Shown: piece by piece, positions 1-12,373 of the stretch | Layout: the number at the start of each line of letters is the position of its first letter | Position numbering within the stretch: position 1 is the stretch's first letter | NCBI GenBank assembly: GCA_950097015.1 | Contig: CATNEN010000003.1 | Span: 13,640,001 to 13,704,000, forward strand | Length of the DNA stretch: 64,000 bases | Direction: 5' to 3' | DNA from: Macrostomum hystrix | Taxonomy: Eukaryota; Animalia; Platyhelminthes | Made by a program: the position numbers and the translations under genes | Notes under the pieces: generated by a model | The model's database searches: none | The model's input: only the letters and a program-made list of their open reading frames with translations | What the model was told of the DNA's origin: nothing

Positions 1-52
1 ATATGACGAATACAAAGGTTGAGTTCAGTTAGGGTTTTATTTCTTTTGCTTA

Positions 53-3000
53 TTAACGCGGCGGCTGCTGAGGATAGCCCGGATAGCCGGGATAACCGCC
101 GGCCGGACCCGGATAAGTCGGATAAGGATTATGAACGGCGCCCGGATAGCTCGGATAAGACGGATAGGCCTGATAGGCCATGGGTGGCAGCGGAGGCTGC
201 TGATAGCCGCCCTGATAGGCCGGATAAGCCGGTGGCGGGTAAGCACCAACGCCAGAATATGGCGGGTACATAGGATAGGCTGGTGGTTGCTGTGGTTGCT
301 GCTGCTGCTGCTGCTGCTGGTACTGCTGGTGCTGCGGCGCGTTGTATACTGGAGGATTTGGCGGCGGCGGACGCGGAGGCGGCTGCTGCTGCTGCTGCTC
401 CTGCTGGCCAGTGCCAGCTGTTGTGGCGTGAAACGCTGGCGCAGACGGCGCTGGTTGGGCCGATGGCTGCCTAGCAATGGCCGACTGCAGATCCCGCATC
501 AGTTCTTCTTTTTCCGTCTTACGAGCGAAACAGAAATCGCTAACTCGAGACTGATGCTTCAACAGCACCTCGGTTAGATCCGAATAGAACTTGCGACCTT
601 CGTTAAGGTTGCCCAGAACCTCGGCGAATGCGTCGTAGGCTTTGCCTAGTTTGGTTAGCCAGGCCTGGCGACTGCCGGCTGTGCCCTGGGCACCGCCACT
701 CCACTCCGTGTTCTTGGATTGCACCTGTACAGTTGGTAGATTGCGGATAATTGCTGGACTGGTGTGTCTGCGGACGTCTTTATTTGTCTGTGGGTGTCTT
801 TCTAGTCTGCCTTTTGTTATCTCTCTGTATCTGTACGTACATGCAAACTCTGTAGGTGTCTGTCAGTATCTGTGGGTGTCTGTCAGTATCTGTGGGTGTC
901 TGTCAGTATCTGTGGGTGACTGTCAGTATCTGTGGGTGTCTGTCAGTATCTGTGGGTGTCTGTCAGTATCTGTGGGTGACTGTCACTATCTGTGGGTGTC
1001 TGTCAGTATCTGTGGGTGTCTGTCAGTATCTGTGGGTGTCTGTCAGTATCTGTGGGTGTCTGTCAGTATCTGTAGGTGTCTGTCAGTATCTGTAGGTGTC
1101 TGTCAGTATCTGTGGGTGTCTGTCAGTATCTGTGGGTGTCTGTCAGTATCTGTGGGTGACTGTCAGTATCTGTGGGTGTCTGTCAGTAGCTGTGGGTGTC
1201 TTTCAGTAGCTGTGGGTGTCTGTCAGTATCTGTAGGCGTCTGTCAGTAGCTGTAGCTGTAGGTGTCTGTCAGTAGCTGTAGCTGTAGGTGTCTGTCAGTA
1301 TCTGTGGGTGTCTGTCAGTATCTGTGGGTGTCTGTCTTACTTACTTTGCAGGGGGGCCTGGGGCACTTGACGCACAAACACAGGAACGGCATGCCCCCAG
1401 TCCGGCGAACTAGGCGAGAGCCGCCCATCGCGCCGCCTCCCCTGAGCAGGCACCTCACACACACAGCAGCAAGCCAAGCGGGGAAGGGGGCGGCAGCCGG
1501 AGTGCCTCTCACCCCAGGCCCGCACACGCACATAGCAGACCAAGCCGGGGCGGAAGGCTGATAGAAATCAGTCCTCAGGGGGGGCGGGTGACGAGTGTAC
1601 ACTTTATCCAATCGCGCTGACGGAAATCCAGATGAGCGCGCGGCGGTGTACACCCGCCCCCCCAGCTACCCCCCGCAAGGTCTAACGCCCCAGCGCCAAC
1701 GCACATAACTCATACAACGCAGAACAGGCACACAGAAGGTAGGAGCGAAGCTATTTTTCAAGCTTTGATTGCACGAAATATGGTGCACCTCCGCCGGTCG
1801 CTACTGTCCAAACCCCCCAACAAGTACCGAAATTAATCGTGACCTGAAGGGTGAATCGAACTAGCGTCCTTTGGAGTGCGAGGCAGCGACGTTAGCCGCT
1901 GACCCCCCTCGCCCCTCGTGGGTGTCTGTCAGTATATGTGGGTGTCTTTCAGTATCTGTGGGTGTCTATCAGTAGCTGTGGGTGTCTGTCAGTATCTGTG
2001 GGTGTCTGTCAGTAGCTGTGGGTGTCTGTCAGTAGCTGTGGGTGTCTGTCAGTAGCTGTGGGTGTCTGTCAGTATCTGTGGGTGTCTGTCAGTAGCTGTG
2101 GGTGTCTGTCAGTAGCTGTGGGTGTCTGTCAGTAGCTGTGGGTGTCTGTCAGTATCTGTGGGTGTCTGTCAGTAGCTGTGGGTGTCTGTCAGTAGCTGTG
2201 GGTCTGTCAGTAGCTGTGGGTGTCTGTCAGTAGCTGTGGGTGTCTGTCAGTATCTGTTGGTGCTTCTCACAGTGATATATCTATCAGCCGTACACACAAC
2301 TCACCTGAGCTAGCAGAGTTTCCTGGCGTCTCATCTGGTCCTCAACCTGTTTCCTTAACGGCTTCAACAAATCGTTAACCTTATCGTTAACCAGAGCCGC
2401 AATATCAACTTGAGCTCCGTTTCCATCAGACATAGCGGTGCTGAGCTCAGCTGCTAAGCCATCTGGAATGTTTTTCATAGCCTCCTGCAACTTGGTCTCC
2501 AACGCGGCCCGTTCAGTCTTCATTGTTTCAGCGTCTTGGCACAGTCGGCGAAGTTCGTCTTTCAGCGACTCGCTGCCCGAGCCAGAAGTGCCGCCACCGC
2601 TGGCGCCGCTAGGCAGTGCGGCTCTAATCTTGGACTCGCCTCCGCTGAGTACAATCAGACCCTCCTCATTGTCCGCTATCTTCTGTTGCACTGTCCGGTC
2701 AGCATTAGCAGCATTCTCTAGCATTTGCCTGCCAGTTGAAACGGATATACGAGCGTAATGTGTCGTGTTCTAATGCTCAATACAGATACGAGCTACGAGA
2801 AATTGTATTTTCATTTGTGGTCCTAAGGCCAATCATGTCTGCAAGTGTATAAATATGTTAGTAAGTCTATCTTGTCTGTAATGTACATCCATCATCTTGT
2901 CTGTAATGTACATCCATCATCTTGTCTGTAATGTACATCCATCATCTTGTCTGTAATGTACATTCATCATCTTGTCTGTAATGCACAGCTATCAACTTGT

Positions 3001-6000
3001 CTGTAATGTACATCCATCATCTTGCCTGTAATATACATCCATCATCTTGTCTGTAATGCACAGCCATCAACTTGTCTGTAATGTACATCCATCATCTTGC
3101 CTGTAATATAAATCCATCATCTTGTCTGTAATGTACATCCATCATCTTGTCTGTAATGTACATCCATCATCTTGTCTGTAATGTACATCCATCATCTTGT
3201 CTGTAATATACAGCCATTATCTTGTCTGTAATATACATCCATCATCTTGCCTGTAATATACATCCATCATCTTGTCTGTAATGTACATTCATCATCTTGT
3301 CTGTAATGTACATCCATCATCTTGCCTGTAATATACAGCCATTATCTTGTCTGTAATGTACATCAATCATCTTGTCTGTAATGTACATTCATCATCTTGT
3401 ATGTAATATACATCCATCATCTTGCCTGTAATATACAGCCATTATCTTGTCTGTAATGTACAGCCATCATCTTGTCTGTAATGTACAGCCATCATCTTGT
3501 CTGTAATGTACAGCCATCATCTTGTCTTTAATGTACAGCCATCATCTTGTCTGTAATGTACAGCCATTATCTTGTCTGTAATGTACAGCCATCATCTTGT
3601 CTGTAACTTTATCTCTTTGTATCTCTGTACGCCCGTTAGAAGATCGTAAGCAGACAGATAACATTTTCTGTGCTCTATGAAGGCCGTTAATTTATTGCTT
3701 CTAGTGTACACATACCCCCTCACAATACAGATAAAAGTCACGCAGGAGGAAGGTAATAAAAGAACTCCTCACTTAAAGTTCATCGCCTCGCTGCGCAGTT
3801 TATCGTTCAACCGTTCAGACGGAGTACGCTGCCACTTCTCCTTGAACTGTTCCCTGAGCTTCTTATCAGCTTCTTCTTCTTCGTCAATGAGGCGAATAGC
3901 TTCGTCTAAAATTTCTCTGTTGCGTTTGTGCAATTCGGGATTGTCAGCCGACAGCTGGCGAAGTTGATCAAAGCCGCCCTTAGCAACTAAATCTCTAGCC
4001 TTATCTAGCAGCGACGGAGGCACGGTGGCCTCCCCGAAGTCTTCCAGCGTCATTGGCAGATTCAACGAAGTCAAGACGCCCTGCATCAGGCTGGTAGCTT
4101 CGCGTAGTCGGCTCATCTCCATCTGGCAGGCTTCGTTTCGGCGACCTTCGAAGGCCACAACCGACTGGTGGACGTGAATCGGCACCAGACGGTCGAAACT
4201 GTCGCGAAAGCCTTCAGACATCGGATAGGAGAGCGGTGTAGCTTTGGCAATGGCCGCCTTCTCTATGGCGCTCAGCGAGTTGATTGACGGCACCTAGCGT
4301 GTTGCCATGGAAACGAATGGTACTGAAGTTAAATTTTATTTCTCACAAACATAATTCTGAACAGAGAATTAGAATTATATTACAGACCTACATCTAATTT
4401 CCCAGACCAAGATCTAATCTCATTGACCAAGATCTAATCTCATAGACCAAGATCTAATCTCATAGACCAAGATCTAATCTCATAGACCTACATCTAATTT
4501 CCCAGACTAAGATCTAATCCTACAGACCAAGATCTAATCTTACAAACCAAGATCTAATCTTACAGACCAAGATCTAATCTTACAAACCAAGATCTAATCT
4601 TACAAACCAAGATCTAATCTTACAGACCAAGATCTAATCTTACAAACCAAGATCTAATCTTACAGACCAAGATCTAATCTTACAAACCAAGATCTAATCT
4701 TACAGACCAAGATCAAATCTTACAAACCAAGATCTAATCTTACAGACCAAGATCTAATCTTACAGACCAAGATCTAATCTCATAGACCAAAATAAGAGTA
4801 TAATCTCATTTCACAGATAAAAAATCTAATCTCAAAGACAAAATCTACCCTCAAGAACCAAGATCTAATCTCACAGACCAAAATTCTATCTAAAATAACA
4901 AATCGCGTCACTACAGCTAGAAAGACGATTTTAACCCACCTGTTCATGATAAATAGTATTGTTATCCTTCTCAACAGTTTCCAAAGCTTTTTTAGCCTTG
5001 CTCCATTCGACTTTGAACGGCATCTGAGCACTGCTGCCTGATCGTTTCTCGGCCTCCTTAAACAGCTGATCGGAGTGCTGCAAGCGAGCGATCTGTTCTC
5101 CGAATTGGCGAGCCTCGCCGCAAGTCTCAGCCTGATGGTACTCAGCCAGGGCGTGGAAACCCGCCTGTTTGATGAGATAATACCAGCAGGAGATTGATTA
5201 ATGACTGACAACTGGGATTATAGCTTAACTGAATGATCAGCTGGGATTATAGCTTAACAGAATGATCAGCTGGGATTATAGCTTAACAGAGTGATCAGCT
5301 GGGATTATAGCTTAACAGAATCATCAGCTGGGATTATAGCTTAACAGCATGATCAGCTGGGATTATAGCTTAACAGAATGATCAGCTGGGATTATAGCTT
5401 AACAGCATGATCAGCTGGGATTATAGCTTAACAGAATGATCAACTGGGATTATAGCTCTACTGAATGATCAGCTAGGATTATAGCTCTACTGAATGATCA
5501 GCTGGGATTATAGCTCTACTGAATGATCAGCTGGGATTATAGCTCTACTGAATGATCAGCTGGGATTATAGCTCTACTGAATGATCAGCTGGGATTATAG
5601 CTCTACTGAATGATCAGCTGGGATTACAGCTCTACTGAATGATCAGCTGGGATTATAGCTGTACTGAATGATCAGCTGGGATTATAGCTCTACTGAATGA
5701 TCAGCTGGGATTATAGCTCTACTGAATGATAAACTGGGATTATAGCTCTACTGAATGATCAACTGGGATTATAGCTCTACTGAATGATCAGCTGGGATTA
5801 TAGCTCTACTGAATGATCAGCTGGGATTACAGCTCTACTGAATGATCAGCTGGGATTATAGCTGTACTGAATGATCAGCTGGGATTATAGCTCTACTGAA
5901 TGATCAGCTGGGATTATAGCTCTACTGAATGATCAGCTGGGATTACAGCTCTACTGAATGATCAGCTGGGATTATAGCTCTACTGAATGATCAGCTGGGA

Positions 6001-8818
6001 TTATAGCTCTACTGAATGATCAGCTGGGATTATAGCTCTACTGAATGATCAGCTAGGATTACAGCTCTACTGAATGATCAACTGGGATTACAGCTCTACT
6101 GAATGATCAGCTGGGATTATAGCTCTACTGAATGATCAGCTAGGATTATAGCTCTACTGAATGATCAGCTGGGATTACAGTTGCAATATGCATACAATTC
6201 AATAACTCATTGACCTGTTTTCCAGCTACCACAGTGAGCCAATCCTTAGGCCAGAGAGATTTAACGCTAGATATTTGCATACTCCTCAGCGTGTCGGAGT
6301 ACAAATCGGCGGCGTACATAGCAATTTTGGCCACCATAGCTGACTTCATGCGATCCTTAGAAGCCTTTCTATAGACAGTCTCTTGAGCTTGGGCTAGGCA
6401 CAATGAGATCATTGCCGATAGAGCGTCTGAACTCATGTCGGAACTGAGTTCTCGGCCGCACAATACGGTGGCATTGTCCTTTATGTAGCCCAATGCGCCG
6501 GCAGCTTGGCGATACAATTTAGCGCAGCTCTGCAAGCCGTTATCGTCGGAGTTCTGCTGCGAAGCTACTTGGGTCTGCAGGGCCGCGATGTTGAATAGTA
6601 CGCACATCTTCTCGAAGGCTCCGGAGCTGATCTCTGAATGCGTTGGGAGATTTGAAGGTGGGAGAACTCTTGAACGTGCGCTTAGGGATTGAAACCATCA
6701 TAGAAATGAGGAAGGCTTTGATACAGATCATTTTTTAAACAGTGAATAGACCATTTTAAATACTATGTCGGCTATTTTAAATCGATTAAATTGTGAATTT
6801 TTTATTATTTTCGTTTCATTTTTAAACTTACTAAGAGCATTCTTTGAACTGAAAAGACTCTCCTTTTCAAAGGCATCGTGGTATTTGAAATCAATGCGAA
6901 TCTGAAAATTTAGACGAGAAACAGTTTAAATTAGCTTTTTTACAGTAAGTGCTCAAATGCAACTGATGAAAATAATGTCAATAAAACTTACTGAGTTCTC
7001 TGAGATTGGAAGCTTGCTTTCTATTGCGCAGAGTTGGTCGTGATACCTACAATGCACATTGGGTATTAAAAAATTAATTAACCTTCTGGTTAAGTTAATT
7101 CATGTTTTGTAGTAAGCTAGTTAAAAAAACTGAAAGTTCTAAAAACAAGTTAGCATTTTGAAACTATTTGTTATTTAGTATTTATAGTGAAATGTGATAA
7201 AATATCATATTTTGAATTTCATGAAAAAATTCTTTCTTCAAATATTTGTATTTAAAACGTTTATTTAAACAAAACAAAAAACTAATATTTAGTCCATCTC
7301 TTGCAACGCCTTATGCTTTTAATATCAAGTCATGATATTTATATGTTGGCTTTAACATCTATAACACTTTTACTTTTATCAAACTGATAAAAGTCACTTT
7401 GGTCCATTGTATTGTTTTGAATATTTTTTGAATCTAGTAAAAATCAAACAGGTTTTAGCAACTCGAGACACTTATGTACATATTTTTTAATGCTGAACAT
7501 GGAAAACTTTGAAAGAAAGTATTGTTTTAAGTCATTTTGTCTACAACTGTCTCATCAACTTGTCTTTAAAGAGCTTCTTACAAATTTGTCTGCTGTCTGA
7601 CTTTATTGTCCCAAAAGAAAAGATCACATTGATCAAGTGCTTTTCTGTCTGTATCACTTAAGTTGGCAGAAGTTAAAAAAGAGTTGATTTGTTTTCTTGG
7701 CTATCAAATCAAATGCTTCATGTCAATAATGTTATATATTGGTCTCTACAAGCTCATTATATTGTCTACTCATTATATTCATGATTTACTGATTTAGCAA
7801 GTGATCTCTCTCTAATGCACTGTAGGGCATGGCATGTAGAACAAAAATTATCTACAAATATATTCAATGTTCATATGAATGAAAGAAAAAATAATATGAT
7901 TTTCTATCCATACATTAGAATTAGTATATACTGGCATACAAAACAATTTCTTCTCATTTCAGTCATGGCCAAGTTGACCAACTTGTCTGCTCATAAATAT
8001 CACTTGCCTACAAATTAATCAAGTTGTCTGTTAGCAGACAAGATTTTGTTAGATGATAACATGACTATGACTAGAAGGCATTGTTTATAATTTTAGTAAA
8101 CTTGAATTTTGAAAGTTACAAAGGTCACAAAGTTACATATAGAGCAACTATTATGAAACTTTTTGTAGCTTAATTGTAACATTTCTGTTAGAAATAGGCT
8201 TTGCTGTTAAAATAAAGTATACCAAATCATACTAAGCATACTAAACTGATATTGTTTAAATACAATAAAAGAAGCAAGTTAAGCCTTTGTAAAGATATAA
8301 GTTCTAAAATATATTAACTTAAACATAATACACAGTGGCTAGCATTTTAATGCAATAAATAGGAAAAAATGAGGGCTTAGTAAATACTTTATTTAAGACT
8401 ATACAAATTTTTCAATAACAATTTAGAATTTACTTGTTTGGAATTATCAGAATCAGACACTAGTGACACAAAAAAAGTACCCAGCTATCTATTTTTTTAT
8501 ATGCTGGCTGTACCATCTATAACACTTATTATAGCTTTAGGTTTGATAGAAAATATATCCAGCTAGTCCATGACCATTACTACACTGTAAAGTGCGAAAA
8601 ACATTTATTACTTACTTGAGAAGAACATCGAGTGTTGATTCATGTCTATCACTAAGTTTAGCAACCACTTTAGATCTCAGATTCTGGAAATCTTCGATCG
8701 AAGATTTAACAGCTTCGTACTGTTGGCTCGAAAATGTCAGTTCAATAAATGTTTTAAAAGGCTTTCTAAAGTCAACCTCACCAGCCTTTTTAACCGGAAT
8801 AGCAAGGTAGTTTGCCAT
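53..8818 (-). CDS. PDCD6IP: ALIX / programmed cell death 6-interacting protein (Bro1 + V domain + Pro-rich tail), 8 coding exons, 862 aa
   Basis: Exons joined by hand with GT-AG boundaries and consistent phases: 8818-8616, 7046-6992, 6901-6832, 6633-6215, 5164-4940, 4293-3773, 2728-2305, 724-53 (2589 nt). ALIX motifs include KYHDQLCAIESKLPISEN, FEKMCVLFNIAAL, LAQAQE, KDNNTIYHEQVP, NLNEGRKFYSDLT, DFCFARKTEKEEL, PSAP and PPPRPPPP, plus a YP-rich C-terminus. Confidence 0.96.
850..2260. repeat. 20-bp minisatellite (TGTGGGTGTCTGTCAGTATC) in the last ALIX intron, interrupted by a SINE
   Basis: Tandem array visible at ~850-1336 and ~1918-2260. Confidence 0.95.
1337..1917 (-). mobile_element. tRNA-derived SINE, family 1 (~580 bp)
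   Basis: The minus strand begins with a tRNA-like head (GGGGTCAGCGGCTAACGTCGCTGCCTCGCACTCCAAAGGACGCTAGTTCGATTCACCC; B box GTTCGATTC) and ends in an AAGTAAGTAA tail. It is flanked by GTGGGTGTCTGTC at 1324-1336 and 1918-1930 (13-bp TSD, out of phase with the host array). Confidence 0.8.
2870..3606. repeat. 25-bp intronic minisatellite (CTTGTCTGTAATGTACATCCATCAT)
   Basis: Tandem array seen directly. Confidence 0.95.
4385..4790. repeat. 20-bp intronic minisatellite (CAGACCAAGATCTAATCTTA)
   Basis: Tandem array seen directly. Confidence 0.95.
5210..6180. repeat. 29-bp intronic minisatellite (AGCTGGGATTATAGCTCTACTGAATGATC)
   Basis: Tandem array that fills nearly the whole intron 5165-6214. Confidence 0.95.
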
Positions 8819-11800
8819 TCTATTCTGAATAAAGTGGGTCAGTTAATTTTTGTGGTTTACAAATTTTCACTTTAACAACAAGTAAATATAACTTTCAACG
8901 ATAAGTCGAAAATGTTTAGGCGGCGCAGGTGCAATTCGATATTATTACGAAGTTAAATTAGTCACCAAAATGCGTCATTAATCAAATTAATTAACGCGTT
9001 TTATAAACAATGAAACTTGTAAAAACGCTATTAACAGTTAAACGAGTTTTTTTTCGCAAAGTAGGCAAATAATTATAGGAAATTATTTGGCAAGTGCTCA
9101 ACTCATTGCAATCTATTGCATATTTTTGCAATACCATCGATCATACGAGTCGTCTCATGCAAGATTCATGAAAGAAGGAAAATATAACATTGGTTCTGAC
9201 ACAAACAAAAAAATTAAGCTAGCTTAAAGCTTGAAAATTAGAATTTAAGTATGTTGTTCAAATGCTTGAACAACAGTCGTTTTTTTAAAACTATAATGTG
9301 AATCATTCTGCAACATGTCATGTTTCGTATATCGCTAGATTCATGCTAGCTGAAAATATCTGGAACTTATATTTTTGTTACAGTGTTAATTTTTTATTCC
9401 TTTTTTCACAGCACAATGATTTTCTTTTCTTTTAAGCCATACATATTGTCTTATTTGAGGAGAACCATATATGCTATCTTATTAATTATCTAAGAACAAA
9501 ATCAACGGTGTTAAATTGAGTTATAAGTACCGTATCGATAAAGAGCAAGAAAATAATTTATATAGAATTTTAGCTATCTAACAAAGTCACGGTTTTTGTT
9601 GTAAAACGTTAAATTTTTTATACTTCACTCATTTTTTTCTTTACTTTCCAAGAATTAATAGTTACATTAGAGACAGGCTTAACTTCCATATATTTTCCTT
9701 TAAATTTTAAGCGTGCGATGATGGTTCCAACTCTATTCTTTCTGCACCATAGATAATTGCCATATTATTATTTTATTAGTAGCATGCAATCACACTAAAA
9801 GGCTAAAGTTTAAATATCAAGGTTAGTCTTAAACTTAAGAGCTTGTCAAATGCTGGAATTCGACACGTTGAATAGTGCTGACGCATAGTGCATAGTACTT
9901 TATAAACTGCTTCTCAAAGCAAATCAAATTCTTTGAATCAAATTCAAAGAGCTTTTTCTCGAGTTTTCAATCTAAGACATTTAGTTAAAAGGAAGAAAAA
10001 TTCAAGACAACGATTAGCAAATAACTGGTTATAAGTATCATGTATAAGAATTTAAATAGTGATTTTACAATAATTATCAAATTGACCTCATGAAACTGGT
10101 TAGGCCTTGGCCTAGGCCTAACTTTTGAATATTAGGCCTACGTTATGCTACTAACTTACTAGTCCTTAGTTTTTACAATGCTCTAGTAAAAAGTGATACT
10201 ATGATTGGCATAGGCCTAGCTGAACCTAATTAGTTTAGGAGGGAAACAGTAGTCACATGATACAAAAATTGATAGGCCACCTATTGAAAAGTGGCAGGGT
10301 GTGCTATGTTTTCAGATGTTTGTTGTGCTGTGCTGCAAACAGGCACTGACACTGCCAGTCATTGCAGATGAAACATCAGCAAAATTATTTCTAGAAATTT
10401 CCATAGAGCAATAGCAGTGTTGCTTCACATCAAACTTTGGCACTTGTGTTAAATTTTTTTGTCTCTCATGTTGTACTTTTAGGCAACTTTTTGCACCTGT
10501 GCAACATATCCATGACCATGAGCTTTTGAAACTTAGGCCTAATATAAATGGTTATATGCCAAAGCCTACACAATGATGTAACTCTTTAAATGCTTTTTAG
10601 GCATAACCCTAGTTTAGATATGTGTATATGTTTTGAAAAATTTCAAAGCCAAATTGTAGGGCTTAACACAGTCACCACTCCCTTGCATGTTTGGCGAGGG
10701 TCAAACACTAGACATTATCTCACAGTTTTTTTAACAAATACACTTTTTTGACTAGTGCAGAGATTCAAACTGTTTGACTAGTGCAGAGATTCAGATTTTA
10801 ATGCCATGCGCACAGTGGGCTGGTGAAGAAGTTCACCACAAATCTATTGAGACCTAAGTTCTACAATCTACAATGACTTTTCTGTTTCAGTATGTGAGTG
10901 AATCACATGATACTAGCAATGATGCACAAAGTTATGTTAATAAGAAGTTGAGAAAACTCTGAGTTACTATTGTGAATACAGTCTATAAATTTTGATGGGC
11001 TTCAGGGAAACTTTGGAGGTATAGATTTGGATACAGAAACCAGAAAAGTTAAATGCGCTGCTATCTTTACCATTTCACTTTGCTACTATAATACAACTTA
11101 TTTATAATGTATGCCACTGTCCTAGGGCTTCTCTCTTTAATTATAACTTTAAAGATTTGTAATCACAATGCTGCCAATAAAGTTGTGGCAGGGCTAACAA
11201 TGTATAATTTTCTTGGTTAGCACAAAATGTGTTCTATTTATAAATTTTAATTGGTAGCATTATATTTTCAATGTGGCCAATTATATACTTTCTAAATGCT
11301 TCCACTTTGTATCTTACTGTATTATTTCTGTACTCAACCTTTATTACTCTTTATTAGTCTTAATCATGTTCTATCCATCTTTATCAATCTTTATCACTCT
11401 TTTTGAGCTCTTCAATCTTTATGAACTCTTCAATCAATCTTCAGTCCATTTTTAAGCATACCAGTGGATCTAGGGTTAGAGTTCTCCTTTTTTTCACTTA
11501 AACCACTTATTATTGGCAACACTTTGCAATATTTATAAACTTCTATTCTGAAAATTAGAAATGAAAAACATAGGTCTCTTTTGACTTTCTGCTCATGTAT
11601 TTATAGTAAAGTTCCACATCCTCCTTATTTTTGCAACTTTAGTAAAACTTTATCATTTAGTGCAATTTAACAAAATTGTTCATTGTAACAACTTTTGTGA
11701 AATTACAACATTTTTTAAGGAAATTCAAAGATTCAAAGAAAAAAACTACCCTAACTGACAACTGAGAGACTGTTTATGTCAATTATAACAAAAGCATTGC

Positions 11801-12373
11801 TGCTACAAGAGCAAATGATCTTGTGCTTTTTATAAAATAACACATGTTTTTTCTCTTATTTTTTAAGAGATTTAAGTAATTTTTCTGTTTGCTTAATAAT
11901 TTTTTTATGCTTTTTATTTTTAAACTTGAATCATGTATTGAATCATGAATTTTGCTTGAATTTCTCTTTTCTTGGTAATTTTTGGTTATATCTAAGTCCA
12001 TAAAAATGTAAATTTCTAGTTCAGTGGTCCATAGAACAATTGAATTTCAATAAACAATCAACGGCAATCAATAAATTTTACCTTATTGATTCAAGTAAAA
12101 AAGAAGGTATTGTTTTATCTACAGGGGAAAAATAAAGAATGATTTAAAGACTTCGATTTTAAAATTACTTAAAAATTTATTGATTGATATTAAAGTTATT
12201 TACTTTTTATGATTAAGTGAGGTACTAGCATTTTTATAAATTTTTATAAAAGAAACAATATTTTAGTACTACAACACATTTATGCATTCTCTTCTAGAAG
12301 TCAACACTAAGCAAAAGAAATTCGACAAAATTTGATTAAAAAGCATTTCAATTCTTTAAACAAACTGAGCTGT

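Noticed and set aside
1555-1580. CTGAGGA followed by a hairpin on the minus strand of SINE family 1
   Set aside because: It lacks the GAAA after the stem, so it is not a hammerhead.
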